A stretch of DNA of 64,000 bases from Octopus sinensis (lineage: Eukaryota), in contig NC_043000.1 in assembly GCF_006345805.1 (NCBI RefSeq), positions 157,108,001 to 157,172,000 of the forward strand. The letters are read 5' to 3'. The translations under genes were made by a program, and so were the position numbers. The notes below the pieces were generated by a model. That model was not told where the DNA came from. It searched no databases and saw only the letters and a program-made list of their open reading frames with translations. Shown here piece by piece: positions 11,583 through 23,394 of this stretch (position 1 is its first letter; each line of letters opens with the position of its first letter).

Positions 11583-12254
11583 AGGCAATTATACGGAAAT
11601 CTATCCGTTACGGCGCGCGCTTATAATTGCTGCGTATGTGGCGTTTACTTTACACACGCCAGAAATATATAAAAATATGAACGAAAACAGACGAACGAAA
11701 TTGATATAAGCGGCGATGACGAAATCCCGTCAGGTTATGTTGTTAGCCTCGGGACAGTCTCGTTCGGTGGGAGTGACTTTGCTAACAGTACAACCGTGGG
11801 AAGAGGGTAGAGGAGTCGCAGTAAGAGGAAGACACCAGAACGGGTATTATAAAAGAAAAAAAACGAGAAAGAGGGAGGAGGAGGAGAAGGAGGAGGAGGA
11901 AGAGGAATAGAGGGAGGAGAAGGAGGAAAAGAATGAAAAAAGAGCAATTAAAGCGAAGGAAAAATTACAGCGAGTACCGAGCTGAGGTAGTAGATACGTT
12001 TAACCTGGAAAATCGTTGCCTTTTGTCGTTGTTGTTGGTCTTTTTTATGCTTAATGGTTGTTCTTTTTTTTGTAATACTTTTTTTTTTTATCTTTGTGAC
12101 AATTCTGCTGCTCCTGCTGCTCCTGCTACTACTGCTGCTACTGCTCCTGCTGCTGCTGCCATATTGTGTATTTTTATGTTTTTATCTATTTTTAATGTTG
12201 GGCCAAGGACGAATGATCGATAGTTGACGTGTCATACGTGCACTCACACACACG

Positions 12255-12320
12255 CACACACACACGTGTATATATATGTGTGTATATACATACATATATA
12301 TATATATATACATACATACG

Positions 12321-12352
<32 letters not shown>

Positions 12353-13075
12353 CACACATATATATCATACGTCTTACACGCGTGTGCACACTCACGCACG
12401 TACACACGTTATACTAAGATCATACTTATGTTATACATACATAAATGTTATGCGCTTGTGCTTGTATATATATATGTATGTATGTATGTGTGTATTATGT
12501 ATGTATGTATGTATGTATGCATGGATGTATGTATGTATGTATGTGTGTATGTATGTATGTATGTGTGTATGTATGTATGTATGTATGTATGTATGTATGT
12601 ATGTGTGTATGTATATATATATGTATGTATGTATGTGTGTATGTGTGTGTATGTATGTGTGTATGTATGTATGTATGTGTGTGTATGTATGTGTGTATGT
12701 ATGTATGTATATGTTTGTATGTATGTATGTGTGAATGTATGTATGTGTGTATGTATGTGTGTGTGTATGTGCGTGTATGTATGTATGTATGTATGCATGT
12801 ATATATGTATCTATGCATGCATGTATATGCTTGTATGTGTATGTATGTATTGTATGTATGTATGTGTGTGTGTATGTATGTATGTATGTGTGTATAACGT
12901 ATGTATGTATGTATGTATGTATGTGTGTATAACCTATGTATGTATGTATGTATGTATGTATATATATATATATATATATTCCTATGTATATATTGTATAT
13001 ATATATATATATGTGTGTGTGTGCGTGTATGTGCATATATATATAGCTATCTATCTATCTATATATATGCATGCA
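12255..13075. repeat. Compound (TA)n/(TATG)n/(TG)n microsatellite
   Basis: Directly visible. Confidence 0.95.
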
Positions 13076-13260
13076 TGAATTTATGAATGTATGTATTTAT
13101 GTACATATGTATGCTTGCATATGTGTATTCAACGTGCGGAATTGAGGCAGTATTGAATAAAAATAGAAATAGTCATCTATGTACATTCTTAGCGTATATA
13201 CACCGCTGACAGGCAAGATACTGTGGTTTCTGCCTGAGATAGAATCTCTTACGAAACTAA

Positions 13261-13756
13261 TACTATATATATAAAAGTCAAGTTGTGTGTCTGTCTCCTA
13301 TGATTTAGATTCCTAACTACTCCCACATTTTGCGGTGCAGTTTAACCAAAACCGGGTATCTTATAGTCGCGATTCATATCTAGCCCTTCTGGGTATTAGC
13401 GCGTGTCTACGATGAGTCTACGATTTAAAAAAAAATTACCATCATTTTTTTCCATTTTAATGCATTTTTCGCTATTATATAAGGGAAGTAACTCTCTAAA
13501 AATGTCTACGATGAGTCAACGATTTAAAAAAAAATTACTATCATTTTTTTCTATTTTAATGCATTTTTTCGCTATTATATAAGGGAAGTAACTCTCTAAA
13601 AATGTCTACGATGAGTCAACGATTTAAAAAAAAATTACCATAATTTTTTTTCTATTTTTAATGCATTTTTTTGCTATTTTTTGGCTATAACTCTCTAAAA
13701 ATGCTTATATAGTTATTTCCCTTACAAACCCGAGCAACGCCGGGCGATACTGCTAG
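13261..13756 (+). mobile_element. Non-autonomous Helitron-like element with an internal ~100-bp tandem repeat
   Basis: 5' TACTATATATATAAAA; 3' hairpin CCCG-AGCAACGC-CGGG (13729-13744) followed by CTAG|T (13753-13757), the Helitron 3' signature. Internal units start at 13404, 13503 and 13603. Confidence 0.75.
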
Positions 13757-14077
13757 TACTATATATACATACAGAAGGGAAGCGAAAAAATCATCCCCAA
13801 AGCGGACTAGTAACAGCACCAAATGCCTCTCATCCTTCACTGGGCTTTTCGAATGACGTGTACACTCAGTTACATTGCCTAGACGAAAGCTTTTGCCTCC
13901 GATGTAGTAAACAGTGACTAATGCATTCACTGATATTGCAAACAGCCGCCGGGCTGAGTAAAATTCCGTTGTGCGCAGCTGAGACAGTATTAATTTAAAA
14001 TAGTCACCATTGACAGTATCTCTCACTTGCGCACCTCTTATTTCCAAATGGATTGTTAGGAAGCTCTATATAACCAT

Positions 14078-14470
14078 AGGCGCAGGAGTGGCTGTGTGGT
14101 AAGTAGCTTGCTTACCAACCACATGGTGCCAGGTTCAGTCCCACTGCGTGGCATCTTGGGCAAGTGTCTTCTGCTATAGCCCCGGGCCGACCAATGCCTT
14201 GTGAGTGGATTTGGTAGACGGAAACTGAAAGAAGCCTGTCGTATATATGTATATATATATGTGTGTGTCTGTGTTTGTCCCGCTAACATTGCTTGACAAC
14301 CGATGCTGGTGTGATTGCGTCTCCGTAACTTGGCGGTTCGGCAAAAATAGATCGATAGAATAAGTACTGGGCTTACAAAGAATAAGTCCCGGGGTCGATT
14401 TGCTCGACTAAAGGCGGTGCTCCAGCATGGCCGCAGTCAAATGACTGAAACAAGTAAAAGAGTAAAAGAG
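14078..14470 (+). mobile_element. SINE-A, full length (reference copy)
   Basis: A-box-like TGGCTGTGTGGT, B-box-like GGTTCAGTCCC, central microsatellite, (GAGTAAAA)n tail, 7-bp TSD TAACCAT (14071-14077 / 14471-14477). Confidence 0.95.
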
Positions 14471-15001
14471 TAACCATTTTCTTTCACCGTTGTCCGTAAG
14501 ACAGACCTCAGCTGGATAAATTAATTCTGGGAATGACACATACTACTAAAATGTCAGCTATTAAGGTTTTTGTAATTACATTATGAAGAAGAGCTTTCTG
14601 ATTCCAGCAGATCAATGATCAATGGGTTCCAGTCGTTGAATTCCTTTTTCCTTCTTTCAGACATAATGTACCTAGGAATAAATTATCTAATGTGCAATTT
14701 CTGTTTTCGCACAGTAGAGTTTTAGTTTAGCGAGGGAAACCTGGCAGCTATTTCATGCGACAGGAGATCAGCAAGATTTTCACGCTTGGTAGCATCAAAG
14801 CCGAGGTGAGAAGAGGAGGTTAAAATGTGAAGACCCACAAGGATTCATTATTGGTTTCTGTAAGCGCTTGCGCTGTATATATGTGTATGTATATATGTGA
14901 GCGTGCGTGTGTGCGCATGCGCATGTACATGCGCGCACATTTGTGTTCTCACTGTAGTTTGAAGCACATTGAACATACGGAGCGATTTTATTGGTGGTTG
15001 G

Positions 15002-15210
15002 AGGATAAGGTAAAATGAATGCATTCATATAAGGATAAAGTAAAATGAATGCATTCATATAAGGATAAGGTAAAATGAATGCATTCATATAAGGATAAGG
15101 TAAAATGAATGCATTCATATAAGGATAAGGTAAAATGAATGCATTCATATAAGGATAAGGTAAAATGAATGCATTCATATAAGGATAAGGTAAAATGAAT
15201 GCATTCATAT
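15002..15210. repeat. 30-bp tandem repeat x7 containing the palindrome ATGAATGCATTCAT
   Basis: Unit AGGATAAGGTAAAATGAATGCATTCATATA; one substitution in unit 2; no spacers. Confidence 0.95.
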
Positions 15211-16069
15211 GAGTATGATCAATCACACACACACACACGCACCAGAATATATGTGTGTTTTCTCTTTATTTATATATACATACACATCTGTATGTAAATA
15301 TATATTCATATCCCACACACGCCCACACAGGTTTTAGACACATAGTGGAAGCAAATCCATATATAGAATACTCATATGAGATAGATAGAATACATCAGTG
15401 AAGTGCTAAGATTCGAACGCACGCTCCTCCTGTTTACCTTTGTTTGCGCCGGCATAAACAATTAGGGAATATATGTAAATTATGTATAAGGAAATTTGTC
15501 GAGAGAAATGGAAACTAATGTTTCGAGATAGACCCCTTGAAACTGTCTTTAAATTTGCAGGTATGATGATTGTACTTCAAAGACTGAAGTGTTAGAAAAG
15601 GTGGGTAAGGAAAATGTAATTGATAATGGACGCTTGAATGATTGGAAGTTTATTGTTTAGTCCGCGAGGATTGTACAGCAAATAACGGAAATTGATTCTG
15701 ACAACTTGTTTTGAATCTAAATTGAAGTCTTTCTGTATTTCTCTTCACCGACTTTTGTCCATGGAAAAAAATAAAACATATGCGTTATGAAACAAAGGGC
15801 CGTGCCTCTTGCCTAAATCTTCTTAAAATCACATCAGACAGTCTTACTAAAAGAACACACTAAACATTATAGTCATAAATATACAAAAAAGATTGGTCGG
15901 TTATGGCTGAAATGTCTTTGTCCATTGTTTCTTTCTGAATCAGGGTTGAGCTAAGTTTAAACAGCACCTTGCTCGACCATCTGATAACTCTGTCTATCCG
16001 CCACCTTGCATTAGTACTTTTTCTAAAATGACCCCCAAAGGATGGATGGAAAACAGAGCATTTGGTAAC

Positions 16070-16121
<52 letters not shown>

Positions 16122-16145
16122 GTTATTGTTATTATTATTATTATT

Positions 16146-16683
16146 GAGTGAGAAAGCTGTGCATGCCATCAAAGTGACACTGGGGTAAAATATACGAAGC
16201 CCAGTATAACCATCATGACTACCCGTCTCATAAGGGTACACTAGGCACATGCATCACAACCATATGTGCGCGACATGGTGATCTCATATCAAGATAAAAA
16301 GCACATGACTTTGCAGGTGGGGCCCAGTTAGAATTTTCTTCTGGTCGAGTAACCCATCCCACTCAAAAGGTCCCTGAATAAGGGTTGTTTAAGGATATTG
16401 AACGAAACACCCATGTTTCCAGAGGTGAATAATTCAAACCCCAAAGAATCCCTCTCAACACATGGCTGCTCGTGATCAGAGATGCACATATCATCAGCCA
16501 CTAAGGGACATGCTCAACTGGTTAAGGTCAAACAACTGACAAGCAAATCTATGGTATTGAGCAGAATATTTGCTGTAGCCCATCTTTTATACCAAGACAA
16601 AACAATGTACATGATAACACTTCCAATCAGTTAAGATCAGAAGCCATGAGAGCCACTACCTGGTACTGCATCAGGGCAACCTT
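16146..16683 (-). mobile_element. ~540-bp non-coding element embedded in a (TAA)n array (putative non-autonomous retroelement)
   Basis: Sharp boundaries with (TTA)n on both sides, no ORF, adjacent to a Dong/R4 fragment. Strand is inferred from the neighbouring element. Confidence 0.5.
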
Positions 16684-16694
16684 TATTATTATTA

Positions 16695-16761
<67 letters not shown>

Positions 16762-16764
<3 letters not shown>

Positions 16765-17681
16765 TAGTTTTATTTTTATAGCGTGCTTTCACTTCACTAC
16801 CGAGTACAGCTCTGTGTGCCTTGGGTATGTGCTGTGATTTGTTGTGATGCTCTGATGGTTATTGTATGGAAAGTGTTCTGCGTAGGATGTGTGCAGTGCC
16901 TAGTAGTGCAATTTTCTCTATGTTATATGTGTTTGTAAGTCCTGGTGTTTTTGTTATGTATTTGTCTGAATATTTTTTATCATGCCTAATGCACCTACTA
17001 TAATAGGAATTGTTTCTGTTTTCAGATTCCACATTCTAGTTACCTCTATTTCCAGGTCTTTGTATTTTGAGAGTTTCTCCATTTCTTTTAGAGACACGTT
17101 GTCATCTGCCGGTATTGATACATCAATTAGAAAGCATTTTTTTTCTTCATGATCTCTGACAACTATATCTGGTCTGTTGGCCTTAATTTCTCTATCTGTG
17201 TGTATCGGCATATCCCAGAGTATGGTTGCTTTCTCGTTTTCTGTGACCTTTTCTGGTGTGTGCCTATACCATCTTTTTTCTGTTGTTATTCCATAATGTT
17301 GGCATAGCTTCCAATGTATGTAGGTTCCAACTCTGTCATGTCTGTGAATATATTCCTTCTTAGCCAGGACTGGGCAGCTAGAGATAATATGATTTATTGT
17401 TTCTTGTCCATCTCCACATATTCTGCAGTTACTTGTAATATTTCTTTTCATTACATGTTTTTGGTAATTTCTGGTGGGGAGGCTTTGGTCTTGTGCTGCA
17501 ATTAAAAATCCCTCTGTTTCTGCTTTGAGTCCTGAGCTTCTCAACCATTGCTGGGATTTTTCTTTGTCTATTTATTTTGCGTTTAGTTTAGTCCAGTAGT
17601 TACCATGAAGGGGCTTTTCTTGCCATCGTTTTATCATGGTTCGTTGCTGTTCTGTTTTTAGTTTGGATTTCATTTGTTTTT
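16762..17681 (-). mobile_element. 5'-truncated R4/Dong-clade non-LTR retrotransposon inserted in (TAA)n
   Basis: ORF 16954-17544 has a CCHC knuckle (CRICG...HIISSC), RHD, and a restriction-like endonuclease (RPDIVV...LIDVSIP...KY). (TTA)n tracts on both sides. Confidence 0.92.
16954..17544 (-). pseudogene. R4/Dong C-terminal zinc knuckle plus restriction-like endonuclease
   Basis: CCHC and PD..D..K motifs in the provided translation. Confidence 0.88.
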
Positions 17682-17690
17682 TATTATTAC

Positions 17691-17744
<54 letters not shown>

Positions 17745-18612
17745 TATTATTATTATTATTATTATTATCATTATTATTATTATTATTATTATTGTTATTA
17801 TTATTATCATTTGAGAAGTGAATGAATTATTGAATGAAATCCTCGTTGATGCTTAGGAGTAAAACGAGATTATAGCACATGTCTGTTTTCCCTTTGCTTT
17901 AGAAAAACTATCTTTTGTTTTCTTAACAATTAGAAGATTTGTTACTATTTCAAACGAGACTCCGAATAAATTTTGAGTATCTAAGTGAATAAATATTTAT
18001 ATCTAAAGGTCATACAAAGCTTTTTGATTGAAGCGGAGATAAATTTACATGTATGTGGTGATAAACTAGAAATTTAGAGGCCGCGAGAATATTTTAATGG
18101 TATCAGGTTTTTTCCCCCCAAAACTATAGATGTACTTCTATTTATAGATGACTACGTGGAAGACTTTAGATACAATATGTTATTAACTTGATATATGACA
18201 ATCAGATGACAGCTTTATAATTGCTGAAGAAGTGAATTCCTCTTCTTTATATTACACTATATATGAATGACGCTACTAATTTTAAGTGGTCTCAATATAA
18301 ACTTCGAGTATATGTTAAAGCCTAAGAAGTCCAAATTGTGATGTCGATGGAGCGCTAAACTTCCGTCTAAAGACAAATTTTGTTTTTATTCATATCCCGA
18401 GTCCTGAGTACACTGTTGTTTAACCCTAGGACAACTCTGATCGATCGCTAATGCAGTTAAAGGCTTTCCACTTATGACCATCACGTATTTTCTCAGACAA
18501 CTTATACATACATACATACATACATACAGAAACGCTCACACGCACACACACACATGAATTGTGGGTAATAAAATGCCATATGACATAAGATAATAAGACA
18601 TAAGAAAATTAA

Positions 18613-19185
18613 GGTGGCGAGCTGGCAGAAAGGTAAGCACACCGGGCGAAATGCGTAACCGTATTTCGTCTGCCGTTACGTTCTGAGTTCAAATTCCGTC
18701 GAGGTCGACTTTGCCTTTCATCCTTTCGGGATCGATGTAATCGACTTAATCCGTTTGTTTGTCCTTGTTTGTCCTCTCTGTATTTAGCTCCTTGTGGGTA
18801 ATAAAGAAATAGGTATTTCGTCTGCCGTTACGTTCTGAGTTCAAATTCCACCGAGGTCGACTTTGCCTTTCATCCTTTCGGGGTCGATCAAATAAGTACC
18901 AGTTGCGTACTGTGGTCGATATAATCGACTTAATCCGTTTGTCTGTCCTTGTTTGTCCCCTCTGTGTTTAGCCCCTTGTGGGTAGTAAAGAAATAGAAAT
19001 AGGTATTTCGTCTGCCGTTACGTTCTGAGTTCAAATTCCGCCGAGGTCGACTTTGCCTTTCATCCTTTCGGGGTCGATTAATTAAGTACCAGTTGCGTAC
19101 TGTGGTCGATGTAATCGACTTAATCCATTTGTCTGTCCTTGTTTGTCCCCTCTATGTTTAGCCCCTTGTGGGCTAATAAAGAAAT
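18613..19185 (+). mobile_element. SINE-B multimer: one head plus three tandem bodies
   Basis: Head GGCGAGCTGGCAGAA once; body TATTTCGTCTGCCGTTACGTTCTGAGTTC... three times; junctions at 18806-18819 and 18996-19009. Confidence 0.92.
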
Positions 19186-19643
19186 TATATAATAAGTACA
19201 TACAATTAATGCTCAGGTCAAATTTGTGCCCAAACTCATGCCCGTGGTTAAGGGGGTGCAACTGGACAGCACTATCCCTTCACTATTCAATGATCCACTC
19301 ACAGATTTAGAAAATACAGTTTACAAAAATCTTCCTGCAATACAAATTAGTGCCCACCCAGAATATTCTAAAGAATTCCCATGCAACAAAATCTGGCAAC
19401 GGGCCTGCTCATTTAAAATACAGGGTTTGATGCTTGCCTACTTGGAGAGTAGTTGTAAGCAACGTATTGAACGAGGTGATATAGATGAAAACGGAAATAA
19501 AAGCATAAACTGGCAGTCAACATGTATCAAGGTTGTTTATATCATATCTATACTTATAGAAACTTATATAACATACTGAAGACGCATGCAAATATGCAAA
19601 TATACGTAAAGGAACACACACACACACACACACACACAACACA

Positions 19644-20026
19644 TGGAAGGACTCCGTTGGTTACGACGACGAGGGTTCCGGTTGATCCGATCAACGGAAC
19701 AGCCTGCTCGTGAAATTAACGTGTAAGTGGCTGAGCACTCCGCAGACACGTGTACCCTTAACGTATTTCTCGGGGATATTCAACGTGACACAGAGAGTGA
19801 CAAGGCCGGCCCTTTGAAATACAGGTACAACAGAAACAGGAAGTAAGAGTGAGAGAAGGCTGTGGTGAAAGAGTACAGCAGGGATCATCACCATCCCTGC
19901 CGGAGCCTCGTGGAGCTTTTTAGGTGTTTTCGCTCAATAAACACTCACAACGCCCGGTTTGGGAATCGAAACCGCGATCCTACGACCGCGAGTCCGCTGT
20001 CCTAACCACTGGGCCATTGCGCCTCC
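19644..20026 (-). mobile_element. SINE-C, full length (tRNA-Arg-like head)
   Basis: Head GGAGGCGCAATGGCCCAGTGGTTAGG...GGTTTCGATTCCC; near-identical to 21907-22287 and 57282-57674. Confidence 0.93.
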
Positions 20027-20331
20027 GCCTCACACACACACATACATATTTAGGAGAAGAACATTTGATAACCTGTTCTTGAGCCTTGATCATATTTCTC
20101 TGAATAAGCGTAAATGTGTGCCACAGTGCATAATTATTCTCTGCTGAAAGCACCGGAAACGTTGAATGTCAACAAATGTCTCATTGATTCGCTGTGCCCT
20201 GAGTTCATCAGTATTGCCAACAGAGATAACAGATCTCTGATATTTCAGTATTATAGCTGAGTGTAAGGCAGCGGGGGAGAAGAATCGTTAGCCCGCGGGG
20301 CGAAAATGCTTAACGGCATTTCGTCCGAAAA

Positions 20332-20680
20332 GGCGGCGAGCTGGCAGAAACGTTAGCACGCCGGGCGGAATGCGTAACCGTATTTCGTCTGCCGTTACGT
20401 TCTGAGTTCAAATTCCGCCGAAGTCGACTTTACCCTTCATCCTTTCGGAGTCGATAAATTAAGTACCAGTTACGCACTGGGGCCGATGTAATCGACTTAA
20501 TCCGTTTGTCTGTCCTTGTTTGTCCTCTCTGTGTTTAGCCCCTTGTGGGTAGTAAAGAAATAGGCATTTCGTCCGTCTTTACGTTTTGAGTTCAAATTCC
20601 ACCGAGGTCGACTTCTTTCATCCTCTCAGGTTCAACAAAAATAAGTACCAGTTGAACATCAGGGTCGATATAATCTTCAA
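20332..20680 (+). mobile_element. SINE-B head plus body plus partial second body
   Basis: Junction GAAATAGGCATTTC at 20557-20570; a partial extra head lies at about 20266-20328. Confidence 0.85.
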
Positions 20681-20737
20681 AATCTGCTGGCTCTGAACTA
20701 AATTTTGAAATCATTATTATACTTGAGTATATGTATA

Positions 20738-20964
20738 TCTTTATTGCCCACAAGGGGCTAAACATAGAATGGACAAACAAGGACAGACAAAGGGATTAAG
20801 TCGATTACATCGACTCCAGTGCGAAACTGGTACTTTATTTATCGACCCTGAGAGGATGAAAGGCAAAGTCGACCTCGGCGGAATTTGAACTCAGAACGTA
20901 ACGACAGACGAAATACCGCTAAGCATTTCGCCCGACGTGCTAACGTTTCTGCCAGCTCGCCGCC
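20738..20964 (-). mobile_element. SINE-B, full length
   Basis: Complete from head to tail; inverted relative to 20332-20562. Confidence 0.92.
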
Positions 20965-21806
20965 ATATGATATGGTGCCATAGCTACTGCTATTGTGCCT
21001 CCCCTTCAAACATGAATACCGAAGTAATTTTGCTTTGTAAATAAACACGATAGCATGCAGTTAGAGAGTTTTATTTTTTCCAGTGTTGTAACACAGCATT
21101 AGGTCTGGCATAAGTTTTAGTCTGAAAGATCAAACTAAGTTTTTCTTTAGTAGTTTTGAATTCACCCTCGGTTAGCAGAGATGAAGATTTATCGAGCGAT
21201 CTGTTGGTTCGTATACAAACCAAAACTGTTCCAATCCATGATGATTCATTGTACAAGAAAATGGTACTGAATGCTTTAATCCTTTCTATGATATACAGAA
21301 TAGAAGTGGGAGACATCAGCAAGACCAGAATTTCCGTGACACACATATTGAAGTTCTATCTTCGGCGATTGTGAGTTGTACTTATCTTTGAAAGTATACA
21401 CTGAAATTACACTGTTACTTCACGGCCTGGATAGAGTAGTGAGAAGATATTATGATTTTAGAAAGGTTTGTATTTCGAGGTAAGGACAATTTTCGAGACA
21501 TGTACGGAAGTGTTGGACTACAACAACAACAACGAAAACGGTGCCCTTAAGCTTATTTATGCCCTGACAGATGCAGGTCAGCAAAATGTCCTCATGCATC
21601 CAAAAGTGTACATAGTGTTTACTAGGAATAGGTAAGTAGAAGTGCATTTTAGATGCATGCTGGGATTTTGTAGGCTTAAAATTTTATTCTACGGTTTTCA
21701 ATCAATTATATTTGGGTTACCTGAATATTATTATAAGGGAATTTTGGTTGATGGACATATAGATAGTGAACTGACGTCCAGCAAAGCAGTCGAGGGTTCC
21801 CTTTCA

Positions 21807-22417
21807 AATATTGATTTCAAGTTTTGGCACAGAGTCAGTAATTTTAGTGGAAGGGATAAGTCGATTACATCTGCATTAGTGTTCAACTGGTATTTATTTT
21901 ATCGAATGGAGACGCAATGGCCCAGTGGTTAGGACAGCGGACTCGCGGTCGTAGGATCGCGGTTTCGATTCCCAGACCGGGCGTTGTGTGTGTTTATTGA
22001 GCGAAAACACCTAAAGCTCCACGAGGCTCCGGCGGGAATGGTGGTGATCCCTGCTGTACTCTTTCACCACAACTCTCTCTCACTCTTGCTTCCTGTTTCT
22101 GTTGTACCTGTATTTCAAAGGGCCGGCCTTGTCACTCTCTGTGTCACGCTGAATATCCACGAGAACTACGTTAAGGGTACACGTGTCTGTGGAGTGCTCA
22201 GCCACTTACACGTTAATTTCACGAGCAGGCTGTTCCGTTGATCGGATCAACCGGAACCCTCATCGTCGTAACCGACGGAGTGCTTCCATTTTATCGAACC
22301 TGAAAGAATGAAAATTAAAGTCGACCTCGGCAGAATTTGAACTCAGAACGTAAGAACGGACTAAATACCGCAAAATATTTTGCCCGGAGTACTAACGGTT
22401 CTGCTTGCTCATCGCCC
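21807..22417 (-). mobile_element. Older SINE-B variant interrupted by a SINE-C insertion
   Basis: SINE-B sequence resumes across the insertion at ATTTTATCGAA. Confidence 0.8.
21907..22287 (+). mobile_element. SINE-C, full length, with 11-bp TSD
   Basis: TSD ATTTTATCGAA at 21896-21906 and 22288-22298; terminal hairpin CGTCG-TAAC-CGACG at 22264-22277. Confidence 0.95.
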
Positions 22418-23327
22418 TGGTTCGCTTTCAAATATTAACGTTACTTTGTATCCCATTGCAAATTTTAGTAAATAATTAAACTGTTGATGTGAAAATTAAT
22501 CATTTCTCCTAACGGAGATTTAAATTTAATGCAATTAATTTTATTGCTTTGTTAACTGCTCTCACGTGCAGTGGCGTCATCGTATTTAGTCCGCACCAAA
22601 ACAACAATAAAAACAAAAAGTACGAGTCAATCAGAGAATCTTTTCGAAGTCGCTCAAGTTGCTAGTAATAGTAGTCTGATCTTCCCCAAATCATATCTAC
22701 CGATTAAAAAAAGCAAGAAGGGCATCTTGGATAAGAAACGCTAGGTCTGAAAAGACAGATAGAATTACCATGACGGCTGGAGTAAACCTGACCTAGGGCT
22801 AAACAACACTAATGGTACAGAGCAAGACTTAATATTAGTTAAAGAAAGGCACGGAACTGAATGAGCAAATGTTATTAGCAGATGGCCTAATTGCAATTAA
22901 CAGCTCTTCAGAGGTGTGACTCAGGCAAATCCAGTGATGCAGCATTCGGTGACGCAATACAATGCTAATGATATTGTTAATGCTGTTGTTGTTGCTAATT
23001 TTGTTTTCGTTACAGTTGCAGTTGCTGGTTAGCTCAAGGAAACCCTGAAGAAGCAGATTTGTGATCAGTGGTATTCCAGAAATGATGGCCCTATTTTCCA
23101 CATTTCCCTAACCTACGATTCTATGCTTTTAAGGTAGAGCATTTGAGGAAGCGATGGCTGTTATTTCTAGCAAGTTGTACATCTACGACAAGGACTACCT
23201 TGCTAGGTCGCAGAATGATTAATTATATTATGTGGTAATATTATATTACGGACAGGTAAAAACATGAACAGTTTCAGGATAATTTAGGTAGGTTTATCCA
23301 TTTACAAGTGCACAATTTACACAGTCA

Positions 23328-23394
<67 letters not shown>

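Noticed and set aside
9977-13086. Long ORFs (up to 477 aa) of HTYI/MYVC repeats, and similar ORFs at 1000, 42359 and 45548-46253
   Set aside because: These are translations of microsatellites that lack stop codons; there is no coding evidence.
15002-15210. CRISPR-like palindromic 30-bp repeat
   Set aside because: Units are directly adjacent with no spacers; there are no cas genes and the context is eukaryotic.
16630-16683. HDV-like ribozyme or 5S rRNA head at the 5' end of the 540-bp element
   Set aside because: A P1-like pairing exists but there is no room for P2/P3. The 5S similarity is limited to three 5-nt blocks with no A/C boxes.
18613-19185. Hammerhead ribozyme explaining the SINE-B multimers
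   Set aside because: No CUGANGA/GAAA core found on either strand of the ~185-bp unit.
21907-21975. Functional tRNA genes at SINE heads
   Set aside because: A/B-box-like motifs are present but there is no complete cloverleaf, and each continues into a repeated SINE body.
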